A DNA stretch of 25,266 bases from a virus, in IMG/VR virus record IMGVR_UViG_3300021590_000007; one strand, 5' to 3'. A model generated the notes under the pieces. It made no database searches. It saw only the letters and a program-made list of their open reading frames with translations, and was not told where the DNA came from. Both the position numbers and the translations under genes were made by a program. This document shows, piece after piece, positions 1 to 7,816 of this stretch; positions within the stretch are counted from its first letter, which is position 1, and each line of letters opens with the position of its first letter.

Positions 1-1466
1 TATTTTATTACACCTTTCACTACCTTGCCCATCTGATGAGTATTCTGAAATGGACTTGGGATATTGATAAACATCATTTGACCACCATCAAAATATTTCG
101 AGAATCTCCCAGTTATTCTCACTCGCTTTCCAATAGTCATCTTTTGCCATGGTGATACGATTTGATTAGTATACATCTTTCCTGATTCATAATAATTAGC
201 ATAAGATGAATTAGTTTCTTGTGCATACTTCATGTCTGCTTCATAAAGAGTAACTGCTGCTGATTCTGCGGGTACTAATTCACAATTATAAAATCCTTCC
301 CATGAGTCTATTTCAGTTCGAATTACTTTGAGGACCTCTTCGAGTTCATCCCATGAATATCCTGCTATTTCTTTTAAATCCCATACGCCTATAATTCCGA
401 TAGTAGAATACATACGCTGCAGTGATCGAAGTCCTAGTTCAAAAGTAGCATCAAGATGTTGGTGTTCTTTTAGAAGTTTTCTATGCCAGTCAAGAAAATC
501 TTTTGCTAATCTTAGATTTTCTATTATACGTTCTAAGAAATTATCATAGTGTCTAATAAATATTCCTGGTAGATTAAGACTTACGACTTGATGACTGCCT
601 ATCTGAACTCCTCCACTTCCATAAGAATTGTAAAAGGGCTTTGTACTTGATGTGAGTCTACAACACGAGGCTATAGCATCAAGATGAGGTAGTGCAAGAA
701 AATTATACATTGTATGCTGAATATTCTGTTCAAGTGCAAACTCTAAGAATTCTTCATCTTGGATACTTATTCCCTCTGTCTTAAGTGCAGCTGTTATTAC
801 AGGAAATCGTAACATCTGAATTTTAATTTCGTTAGTGTGCCATTTCATTACTGATTTTTGAACAACTAGTAAATCATCTATATCCAGGTCCCAAACATTA
901 TCTCCAAACAGATGTTCTAAATAATACCTATCAAAAAATGAGATATTGGTATAAAGTGATTCTGCACCCTGTCTTAAATGTTGATTAAATGAGTAAAACA
1001 ATCTTTGTAATTCATTCTTGAATTGATATTCCGTTGAGCTAAGTTTTTGTTTCTTTACATAATAAGTTAAAGCTAAAATAAGATCTGGAATACCTATCGC
1101 TCCTCGCGTACGATTTGCAACATAAGATGTAAATTCTATAAGTTGTGCTATAAATGAATCCAGTCGCTTTGGCGATTTACTTTTGAAATGTGGATAGTAT
1201 AATAATCCTTCGCTCATTATAGGTTCAGTTGCAATTGAATAACAGTATGGCAACAACAGTAGTTTCGAAAAATCATGGATATACAATTCATTCCCATGAA
1301 GTGTGAGAATTTCTTTGCCTCTATCAAACCAATCAGTGACCAACTGTTTATTAAATGCCAGTTCAATACCAGATGCTAACTGCTTTCGAATATTGGCTAT
1401 ATCTGGATAATAATTAGCATTTATATCCACAATACTTTTTCCATCTAAAAAATCTTCAATATTCAT
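1..1466 (-). CDS. nrdD: Class III (anaerobic) ribonucleoside-triphosphate reductase, 3' end truncated by the window edge
   Basis: Not in the ORF track. Hand translation from ATG at 1466 (overlapping the upstream stop) is open to base 1: MNIEDFLDGKSIVDINANY...YIHDFSKLLLLPYCYS...RGAIGIPD...RFPVITA...IASCCRL...GSGGVQIGSHQVVSLNLP...YSTIGIIG...ELVPAESAA...FDGGQM. These are NrdD motifs. The glycyl-radical loop would lie beyond the edge. Confidence 0.95.
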   Translation of the reverse strand, partial: MNIEDFLDGKSIVDINANYYPDIANIRKQLASGIELAFNKQLVTDWFDRGKEILTLHGNELYIHDFSKLLLLPYCYSIATEPIMSEGLLYYPHFKSKSPKRLDSFIAQLIEFTSYVANRTRGAIGIPDLILALTYYVKKQKLSSTEYQFKNELQRLFYSFNQHLRQGAESLYTNISFFDRYYLEHLFGDNVWDLDIDDLLVVQKSVMKWHTNEIKIQMLRFPVITAALKTEGISIQDEEFLEFALEQNIQHTMYNFLALPHLDAIASCCRLTSSTKPFYNSYGSGGVQIGSHQVVSLNLPGIFIRHYDNFLERIIENLRLAKDFLDWHRKLLKEHQHLDATFELGLRSLQRMYSTIGIIGVWDLKEIAGYSWDELEEVLKVIRTEIDSWEGFYNCELVPAESAAVTLYEADMKYAQETNSSYANYYESGKMYTNQIVSPWQKMTIGKRVRITGRFSKYFDGGQMMFINIPSPFQNTHQMGKVVKGVIK

Positions 1467-1917
1467 TTTTATCTAATTCAAAATAAATTATAGTAACTAC
1501 ACTATCATTAGAAAAATTCGGATATACTTCAGATAGCGTATTTAAAAGACCGTCAATCGTTCTACACTTAGGATCATGTTCACACAAGATATCTCTCTTC
1601 TTTATTTCATTAAATCTGCATATCAAGAGCTTTTTAACAATAGCTCTTTTGATTCCATTCAAAAGAATCTCTTCTCCTATTTTTAAATCTGCCCATTTAT
1701 AACCACGTCTAACTGTACAATTAATGCCATCATGAAACACAGGATTGTTAAAATGGATTATTTTTAAATCGTTTTCATTCATATTTCTTTCTTCACAACA
1801 TTCTATCTTAATACTTCCACATCTATAACACTGTAGACTACCACAATCTTTACCTGCTCCTCTAAATACATGATAGCTTCCAGTTGCACCACACAATATA
1901 CATCTACAGTTTTTCAT
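1456..1917 (-). CDS. Zn-ribbon plus ASCH/PUA-like domain protein
   Basis: N-terminal CxxC...CxxC (CILC, CYRC). The C-terminal part has TVRRGYKW...LKIGE and GLLNTLSEVYP...VVTIIYFE, resembling ASCH-superfamily motifs. Confidence 0.55.
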   Translation of the reverse strand: MKNCRCILCGATGSYHVFRGAGKDCGSLQCYRCGSIKIECCEERNMNENDLKIIHFNNPVFHDGINCTVRRGYKWADLKIGEEILLNGIKRAIVKKLLICRFNEIKKRDILCEHDPKCRTIDGLLNTLSEVYPNFSNDSVVTIIYFELDKNEY

Positions 1918-1951
1918 CTTTCTATTCTAAATTTTATATTAAATAGAATAA

Positions 1952-2293
1952 TTATATATGAAATATACTGGAATCATGCCTCCATAGCTTCTCTATCCGT
2001 TTATCATCTTCTTTAAATGTAAGATTATTTGAATTCAAACGATGAAATTCTTTCCTTTCTATTAATAGATCGTATTTCTCCTTTCCAATTTTAAACTTTA
2101 CTCGGTTTTCCCTGGCAATCAAATCAATATATCTGTTTTCATGATAGCTTAGATAGCTTCTTATTTGATTGTAAAGATTTTCTTCTGATTTTGCACATTC
2201 AATATGTTCTATATAAGGAGGACGTAATACTCTGAGGCGTCTGAACTCTGCTTTCCATAATTCATAAGTTTCAATATCAACTCGTGCTTTCAT
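1952..2293 (-). CDS. Hypothetical protein
   Basis: 113-aa ORF co-oriented in the gene block; no motif recognised. Confidence 0.7.
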   Translation of the reverse strand: MKARVDIETYELWKAEFRRLRVLRPPYIEHIECAKSEENLYNQIRSYLSYHENRYIDLIARENRVKFKIGKEKYDLLIERKEFHRLNSNNLTFKEDDKRIEKLWRHDSSIFHI

Positions 2294-2310
2294 CTGCTGA
2301 ATGTACCTGT

Positions 2311-2748
2311 CTACACTATTCTTCTGAAAGCACTACTAATTGGATCTTCATTGACTTCTCTAATTGACTTTCCTCCTAAGTAAACATCAGATTTAATAAT
2401 ATCATGTTCTTCATCCCAACTCATCAGCATCACATGTGTACCAAATTCTTTGGATAATCGTTTGGCAAACTGTTCAACTTTTTCGAATGTCCAATAATTA
2501 AAGACTCCTGCTAATACTACATAAGAACCTTTACTACCTACTAATTCTTTATCGCACATACAGTGTGATGGGTCGCCGTTTTTCCATCCTAGATCTGGTT
2601 CGAATACTTCACCTCTTTTCTTTTTGGATTCTTCACGCATTTCCAGGATTATTTTCTTAATTCGCTTTTTGATATCATCAACATCCTTTTCTCCACTAAA
2701 GACTCCTCCAGTTCGGATCCCAATAATATTTGACACATAATATCCCAT
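2311..2748 (-). CDS. Hypothetical protein
   Basis: 145-aa ORF preceded by a GAGGTGA ribosome-binding site. Confidence 0.8.
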   Translation of the reverse strand: MGYYVSNIIGIRTGGVFSGEKDVDDIKKRIKKIILEMREESKKKRGEVFEPDLGWKNGDPSHCMCDKELVGSKGSYVVLAGVFNYWTFEKVEQFAKRLSKEFGTHVMLMSWDEEHDIIKSDVYLGGKSIREVNEDPISSAFRRIV

Positions 2749-2773
2749 AATATCACCTCTTCGATTATTAGGA

Positions 2774-3043
2774 TTAAATATTTTTCTTCTCTCTATCTAT
2801 TTCTATAAGTGAAAGAATACAATAACCTGCAATATCAATTAAAGTATCTCGAATCGTGTCACAATTGTTTCGATCATATTTAAGATTTTTTAAACGACAG
2901 AGTTTGATAGTCAGTTGTATTCGAGCTACATCTAATCCCCATTCTTCCCAAGTTTTATGGAAGGCATCGTCGTATTTCGTACCTCTTTCTGTAAGAGTAT
3001 CCTTAATTATATCCAAACACCAATCAAAATTTTCTTCACTCAT
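2774..3043 (-). CDS. DUF1599 / nucleotide-modification-associated domain 1 family protein
   Basis: RGTKYDDAF...WG...IKLCRLKNL...DTIRDTLIDIAGYCILSLI matches the family pattern (K..dYG...K..Rl..l...e.i.DTl.DlanY.il). Confidence 0.8.
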   Translation of the reverse strand: MSEENFDWCLDIIKDTLTERGTKYDDAFHKTWEEWGLDVARIQLTIKLCRLKNLKYDRNNCDTIRDTLIDIAGYCILSLIEIDREKKNI

Positions 3044-3213
3044 AACCGATCAAACTTTTCAAATATTTTTATTAGTTCCCTTTCGTATCTTCTTTTTTCT
3101 CTTTCTAATAAATCTTGTTTCTCTTCATCTGTTAGTAATTTACCATGTGCTTCCACTTCATGTGTTATTGGATATACAAATAGATTTATAATTTCTTTTA
3201 TAATATCTGCCAT
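3040..3213 (-). CDS. Small hypothetical protein (57 aa, not in ORF track)
   Basis: GGAGGT RBS 8 nt before ATG; MADIIKEIINLF...IFEKFDRL; stop overlaps the next start (ATGA). Confidence 0.7.
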   Translation of the reverse strand: MADIIKEIINLFVYPITHEVEAHGKLLTDEEKQDLLEREKRRYERELIKIFEKFDRL

Positions 3214-3354
3214 TTTATTCTACCTCCATACTCTCAATTTGCATGAGATGCATATATTTAGCCATAGACGCAATAAAATCTATCGAGATATAAAAGGTAT
3301 TACCTAATGGAAAAAATTGCAGTAGAAAGAGGATATGAGCTTCTGGTGCAAGAT

Positions 3355-3762
3355 TTATGCATCATCACTCAGAAGCACTGTTAGTTCTGGGTTTTCATAG
3401 ATGTTTCCTATGACTTCTATCTTATCACTCCTTTCTGCATTATATTGCAATGAAGGTATACATCCCATGTTGTCGAGAAAGTCAAGTATAAATCCATCTC
3501 GCTTCCAAATTATAACTGCATAGTACTCGTCATTGCATCTTACTATATCTCCCTCATATATTTCTTTTCTATTCTTATCATTATATTCAGTATATTGTCC
3601 AACTGTTTCGGGAATCACTAATTTTCCATCTAAAAAATTAAACGGCTTAATAAAATATTTAAAAGCATCAGCAATAGGATCTTCTTCTATAATTAAACTA
3701 CCGTATATCCATTTTCCATTATCAATTCTTTTCCCTCTAAATTTATAAATTCTATTATTCAT
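3355..3762 (-). CDS. YopX family protein
   Basis: KFRGKRIDNGKWIYG...ETVGQYT...DKNRKEIYEGDIV...IEVIGNIYENPEL. Confidence 0.92.
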   Translation of the reverse strand: MNNRIYKFRGKRIDNGKWIYGSLIIEEDPIADAFKYFIKPFNFLDGKLVIPETVGQYTEYNDKNRKEIYEGDIVRCNDEYYAVIIWKRDGFILDFLDNMGCIPSLQYNAERSDKIEVIGNIYENPELTVLLSDDA

Positions 3763-4151
3763 CTTTCCTTCGGCATAGAATAATTAACTTCCCATCTCTT
3801 CCATAATAGATTATAGTGTCTATAACCTATGATCTCGACTTCCGACCAATCTCCCTCCCACATAACAAAATAACAGTTCGCTGGAGGAAGTGGAGAAACG
3901 TCCCAACGCCCATAGTCTTCTCTGAATTCTACTACGCCTTCTGCCTTCTGAAGTTTTACAATATCATTCTCATAAATTTCTCTATTATTTTTATCTTTCA
4001 TGCCTATAAATAAATCAGGTTGATTGCCTTCTTCTAAGTATTTCCACAAAATCTCCCTATTAGAGAATTTATCCTGTAATAAATCTTTTAGTGTAAAATA
4101 AATTATAGCATTTCTTTCAGGAATTATCGCTCTAAATTTTAATTCTTTCAT
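3759..4151 (-). CDS. YopX family protein (second, divergent paralogue)
   Basis: MKELKFRA...GMKDKNNREIYENDIV...EVEIIG. Start placed at 4151 (GAGGT RBS) rather than the track's 4196. Confidence 0.82.
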   Translation of the reverse strand: MKELKFRAIIPERNAIIYFTLKDLLQDKFSNREILWKYLEEGNQPDLFIGMKDKNNREIYENDIVKLQKAEGVVEFREDYGRWDVSPLPPANCYFVMWEGDWSEVEIIGYRHYNLLWKRWEVNYSMPKER

Positions 4152-4167
4152 TTTAAATACCTCTTCG

Positions 4168-4770
4168 TCAATTCCTAATATCTTTGTTTCCTTCACCTAT
4201 GATTTCATCAATCAACCCCCATTCCTTTGCTTCTTCAGCATCCATCCATACTTCTCTCCTTCGTATTAATTCACGCACTTCTTCTTCAGTTTTACTGCAT
4301 CGAGATGCAAGAATATCAATTACCTTATTGGTAACTCTATTGAGTTCTGCTGCTTCATCTTCTAACTGAGAAGTAGATTCATCTCTAAACATAGTCCATC
4401 TACGAGGCTCGTGAAGCAAAAATGAAGCTGTAGGATATGCTAATCTTTTATCAGCTCCCTGAAGAATAATCATAGCAGCAGCACTCGCAGCCAGTCCTTC
4501 TGCTATCACAACGACCTTTCTACCTGAATTCGATATTTCTCTTAAAATATCATATACTCCAAATGCTAAATATGCATTACCACCAGGTGAAGTGAGTCTA
4601 ATAGTAATTCTTGGTAACCATTCATGAGCATCTCGCAATGCTGAAATTTCTAAATTAAAGTCATCAACTGTTACATCATCAATCTCACCTCGTAGATGTA
4701 TTATACCACCGGATAATTCTTGATACTTTAATCTTTCATATAGAGAAAGACCTTCTAATTCTTTTCTCAT
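4168..4770 (-). CDS. clpP: ClpP/crotonase-fold Ser protease
   Basis: IHLRGEID, LTSPGGNAY, GLAASAA (catalytic Ser), FLLHEP (catalytic His), WMDAEEAKEWGLIDEI. Confidence 0.92.
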   Translation of the reverse strand: MRKELEGLSLYERLKYQELSGGIIHLRGEIDDVTVDDFNLEISALRDAHEWLPRITIRLTSPGGNAYLAFGVYDILREISNSGRKVVVIAEGLAASAAAMIILQGADKRLAYPTASFLLHEPRRWTMFRDESTSQLEDEAAELNRVTNKVIDILASRCSKTEEEVRELIRRREVWMDAEEAKEWGLIDEIIGEGNKDIRN

Positions 4771-5435
4771 TATATTCCTCCCTTGAGTCTAAAAGTGTCA
4801 AGCATATCAGCTATATCTTCCCCGTTATCTAAAATTCTTTCGAGTCGTTTGACTATTTCCAATAAAAGAATTCTTTGCTTTTCTTCTTTGAAATCCTTTT
4901 TCATAATATTTAATAGAGATTCCCGATAGAGGATATCACCTTTGTTTTCATATTCATTGATTTGTTTTATACAATCTAAAATAGCATCATTGTATTTTAA
5001 GAAGTTTGATGAACATTCAGTGGCAACACTTATAGCATGTATAGTCTTTTCGATAAGTCTTATAAAATTTCCAAAGTAAGCTTGAGCTTCATTTAGTTCA
5101 TAACCCAGTTGAGACCAAGTCATTAATCGCCAAATTACTTCTTCTATATCATCTATTATGTCATCAATTCTTTTCACAAAGTACCGAATATCCGAAACTT
5201 CTTCTGTTACTCGCGTGTGATCACATAGCAGCAATTCATAAATTCCATGAACAATCAAGTCTGCTTTTTCTTCTGTTTCTTTTGCTTGTACGCTCAGTTC
5301 TCGTATATCTGACTTATTTACCTCTTTCAGTAATTGAGCAGAACGAATTAACTTAGCACTTAAATCTAAAAAGCTATTTTGATAATCGTACCGTTTTACA
5401 AAATTAATTTTTCCAACAACATCTTTAATTTTCAT
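4770..5435 (-). CDS. DUF47 / PhoU-like phosphate transport regulator (Pit accessory type)
   Basis: Two helical repeats with acidic motifs: EEKADLIVHGI...IDDIIDDIEE and ENKGDILYRE...LERILDNGEDIAD; 221 aa. Confidence 0.85.
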   Translation of the reverse strand: MKIKDVVGKINFVKRYDYQNSFLDLSAKLIRSAQLLKEVNKSDIRELSVQAKETEEKADLIVHGIYELLLCDHTRVTEEVSDIRYFVKRIDDIIDDIEEVIWRLMTWSQLGYELNEAQAYFGNFIRLIEKTIHAISVATECSSNFLKYNDAILDCIKQINEYENKGDILYRESLLNIMKKDFKEEKQRILLLEIVKRLERILDNGEDIADMLDTFRLKGGI

Positions 5436-5592
5436 TTTCCATTGCTTTAAGAAGACAATCTACCAAAACACTACATTCTTCTATGTTATTTTTGTTTAGA
5501 TATTCTTTTATGAATTTCCAAAATAGAGTTTCTGCTGTTTCCTCCTCAAACAAATCAATATAATTAAAAAGAGCTTTTTTATACAATCCCAT
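5425..5592 (-). CDS. Small hypothetical protein (55 aa, not in ORF track)
   Basis: GAGGTGA RBS; MGLYKKALFNY...KAMENEN; overlaps both neighbours and fills the gap. Confidence 0.65.
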   Translation of the reverse strand: MGLYKKALFNYIDLFEEETAETLFWKFIKEYLNKNNIEECSVLVDCLLKAMENEN

Positions 5593-6349
5593 CTAACAAT
5601 TTCACCTCATGATAGTATTTAACAAGATATTTAAAAGCGTTCCATGCTATTGATACTACATCTTCACTCCAAGTCTTCCATTCAAAACCTTTATTGTCTT
5701 TATCTAATCGTAATATTCCAATTTTATAGCCCGTGTCCTCTGGGTGCATAAATTCATAAGCATATTTGTATGATGCTAGTTGGAGTAGCATTTCTGGGTA
5801 GATACGCTTTGAAGTCTTGAAATCTACAATATGCTTCTCTCCATTAAATTCACATCTAAAATCTAACGTTCCTGCATATTTGAATTTTTCATGATAGACA
5901 ATCTCTTCATTTCCTAGTGCTTTAATATCGTATGAAGTTTTCCATTCAAAAAAAGCAGTTACAGCTGGATAGTAATCACTGTCAATAATATTGAGTAAAT
6001 CTGAGCTATTCATTTCTGATCTGAATATTAATTCAATAATCTTGTGTACACTACGTCCTAAATTTGCTGCTTTCTGTTTTATTGTTTGATGTTCTCTCCT
6101 TGCCTCCATTAATAATTTATAAGCATTTTCCGAATTTAATTTAATTTTTCCGTTTATAACATCATTCAAACGCCTACCGAGATATTCAACAGTTGTTTTC
6201 ACTGCCCATATTTCAATAGCAGGCTTTCTCAATACCGAGAGAATAGTAGTACTTGAAGGATAAATTTCATTCCCTATTTTATAATGATGACCCTCTCTCA
6301 ATCCTAATCTTTTCAGTTCTGCATCTTCTAAAAGCTTTATTTCTTTCAT
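5579..6349 (-). CDS. PD-(D/E)XK family exonuclease (viral recombination type)
   Basis: YPSSTTILSVL, AANLGRSVHKIIE, EEIVY, YAGTLD, IVDFKTS, LQLASY. Confidence 0.88.
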   Translation of the reverse strand: MKEIKLLEDAELKRLGLREGHHYKIGNEIYPSSTTILSVLRKPAIEIWAVKTTVEYLGRRLNDVINGKIKLNSENAYKLLMEARREHQTIKQKAANLGRSVHKIIELIFRSEMNSSDLLNIIDSDYYPAVTAFFEWKTSYDIKALGNEEIVYHEKFKYAGTLDFRCEFNGEKHIVDFKTSKRIYPEMLLQLASYKYAYEFMHPEDTGYKIGILRLDKDNKGFEWKTWSEDVVSIAWNAFKYLVKYYHEVKLLDGIV

Positions 6350-6601
6350 TAAACTTCATTGATAAGCAAACTGCTACAAAAGTGTATTTCACTAATATTA
6401 TATTCTGCTCCACATCTTCTACATCTCTTCATAGGTTTAAAATATTTTCTACAACTTGGACAATAGGCAATTGATAAATCTACTATAGAAATTACTATTA
6501 AAAATTCTCCACATTCTGGACAATAAAATTCACCTTCAATATCTCCTTTCTTTATTTCTCCAAAACGTGTCTTCTTCTACCTTTATTTTAAAATTACTCA
6601 T
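6349..6601 (-). pseudogene. Multi-Zn-ribbon protein interrupted by a one-base insertion (or assembly error)
   Basis: ATG at 6601 gives 21 aa then a stop. Removing one base of the A4 run at 6562-6565 gives an 83-aa ORF with CPEC, CPSC and CRRC whose stop overlaps the next start. Confidence 0.65.
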
Positions 6602-7153
6602 TCAATCCCAATAAGTATGTGTTCCTAAAAATTTCGGAACTTTGCTTCTTCCATCCTTTCCGAAATAATATTCATAATCACTTACATCTTCTGGTTTCCA
6701 ACCTATCTTAGAAAAACCATCCTGCCATAGTTCTAAAAACTTAACACCCAATTCCTTCATCCGTCTCCAATCACGATAACTACTGTACATTACTATTCCT
6801 AAGAAAAATGAAAATGTATCGACTTTTTGTTTATACCAGTCATTAATGAGTTTGCGGAGCCTCCGATACTCTTCGTCATTTGGAATTGTAGTTTCAACTT
6901 CAATATTAGCTGTGCCAAATCCTGTCGAATTTACATCTGTTTCTATAATATTATTAAGGAAGTATTCTTCCTCACAATCAATATTCTTTAACGCGAATAC
7001 TAATGAATACATCCCTCTTCCAAGCGATTGAAAGTTTTTAACTAATTGACGTGGAACATCAGGAAATATAAAGCGACACTCGAAACATCTAAGTTGTATA
7101 GTTATAGGTTTTGTACATTCGATCATAAACCATGTAATACTATTCTTTTTCAT
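6602..7153 (-). CDS. Hypothetical protein
   Basis: 183-aa ORF coupled to its neighbours; no reliable motif. Confidence 0.75.
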   Translation of the reverse strand: MKKNSITWFMIECTKPITIQLRCFECRFIFPDVPRQLVKNFQSLGRGMYSLVFALKNIDCEEEYFLNNIIETDVNSTGFGTANIEVETTIPNDEEYRRLRKLINDWYKQKVDTFSFFLGIVMYSSYRDWRRMKELGVKFLELWQDGFSKIGWKPEDVSDYEYYFGKDGRSKVPKFLGTHTYWD

Positions 7154-7289
7154 TTTTATATTTCTTTAGCCTTGCTTCAATTTCTTTTAGTATTTCTTCT
7201 CTACCCATATCAAGATGCATTCGTAACATAAAAATAAGATTTTCAAAATGCAGATCTATAAATTTCTCTTTATCTTTCTCCCTCTTCAT
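7140..7289 (-). CDS. Small hypothetical protein (49 aa, not in ORF track)
   Basis: GGAGGT RBS; MKREKDKEKFIDLHF...KYKNEKE. Confidence 0.65.
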   Translation of the reverse strand: MKREKDKEKFIDLHFENLIFMLRMHLDMGREEILKEIEARLKKYKNEKE

Positions 7290-7314
7290 CTTTATCTACC
7301 TCCTATTCAGCTTC

Positions 7315-7337
7315 TTTTTTTTTTTTAAAAAAAAAAA
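7315..7337. repeat. T12-A11 homopolymer palindrome
   Basis: T at 7315-7326 directly followed by A at 7327-7337. Confidence 0.95.
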
Positions 7338-7816
7338 TTCTGCACCATATCGTATACCATCTTTGCTTTCAAATATCTGATGCAAAAATCCATCATACCT
7401 GCTTCTTTGTCTTCTATATCTAATCCCAATTCGGGAGCTGTGACTTCAGGATCTTCTTCCTCTTCAATTACTACACCTTGTTCTACATATATTCTATCTC
7501 CAAAATAAAATTTTATGGTATCTTCATCTTCCCATGCGTCTTGAAAGTTAGTAAAATGCCTTTTTGACGCAACTAAACACGGTACAATCCTATTAATTAA
7601 ATCTCTTTTAGAACAAGAATGCCGGGGTTCGTAAATATTGTATTCGAAGGGAAAAGCAATGGTTTTATATCCTTCAATATATTTATCATAGACCCGACCT
7701 GCATTCTCTTCCCAAGGAACATCATCCCAATCATCACCCCATTGTTCTCCATTTTTGCCGAGATAGAACTTAACTAAATTCCCTTTCCGTTCCCAATCAA
7801 TTATTTCTTTGTTCAT
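7325..7816 (-). CDS. Conserved viral hypothetical protein (WGDDWDD motif)
   Basis: WGDDWDDVPWEENAGRVY resembles a motif I recognise from phage hypothetical proteins. The C-terminus runs into the homopolymer and is uncertain. Confidence 0.7.
   Translation of the reverse strand: MNKEIIDWERKGNLVKFYLGKNGEQWGDDWDDVPWEENAGRVYDKYIEGYKTIAFPFEYNIYEPRHSCSKRDLINRIVPCLVASKRHFTNFQDAWEDEDTIKFYFGDRIYVEQGVVIEEEEDPEVTAPELGLDIEDKEAGMMDFCIRYLKAKMVYDMVQNFFF

Noticed and set aside
3221-3354. Open frame in the gap after the first YopX gene (INLAPEAH...MEVE)
   Set aside because: It has no ATG/GTG/TTG start near its 5' end and no recognisable similarity.
5579-6349. Cas4 call for the PD-(D/E)XK nuclease
   Set aside because: It lacks the four Fe-S cysteines of Cas4.
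6602-7153. ThyX-like resemblance (FMIECTKPITIQLR; VMYSSYRDWRRM)
   Set aside because: The RHRxxS...SxR motif is absent and the similarity is too weak without a profile search.
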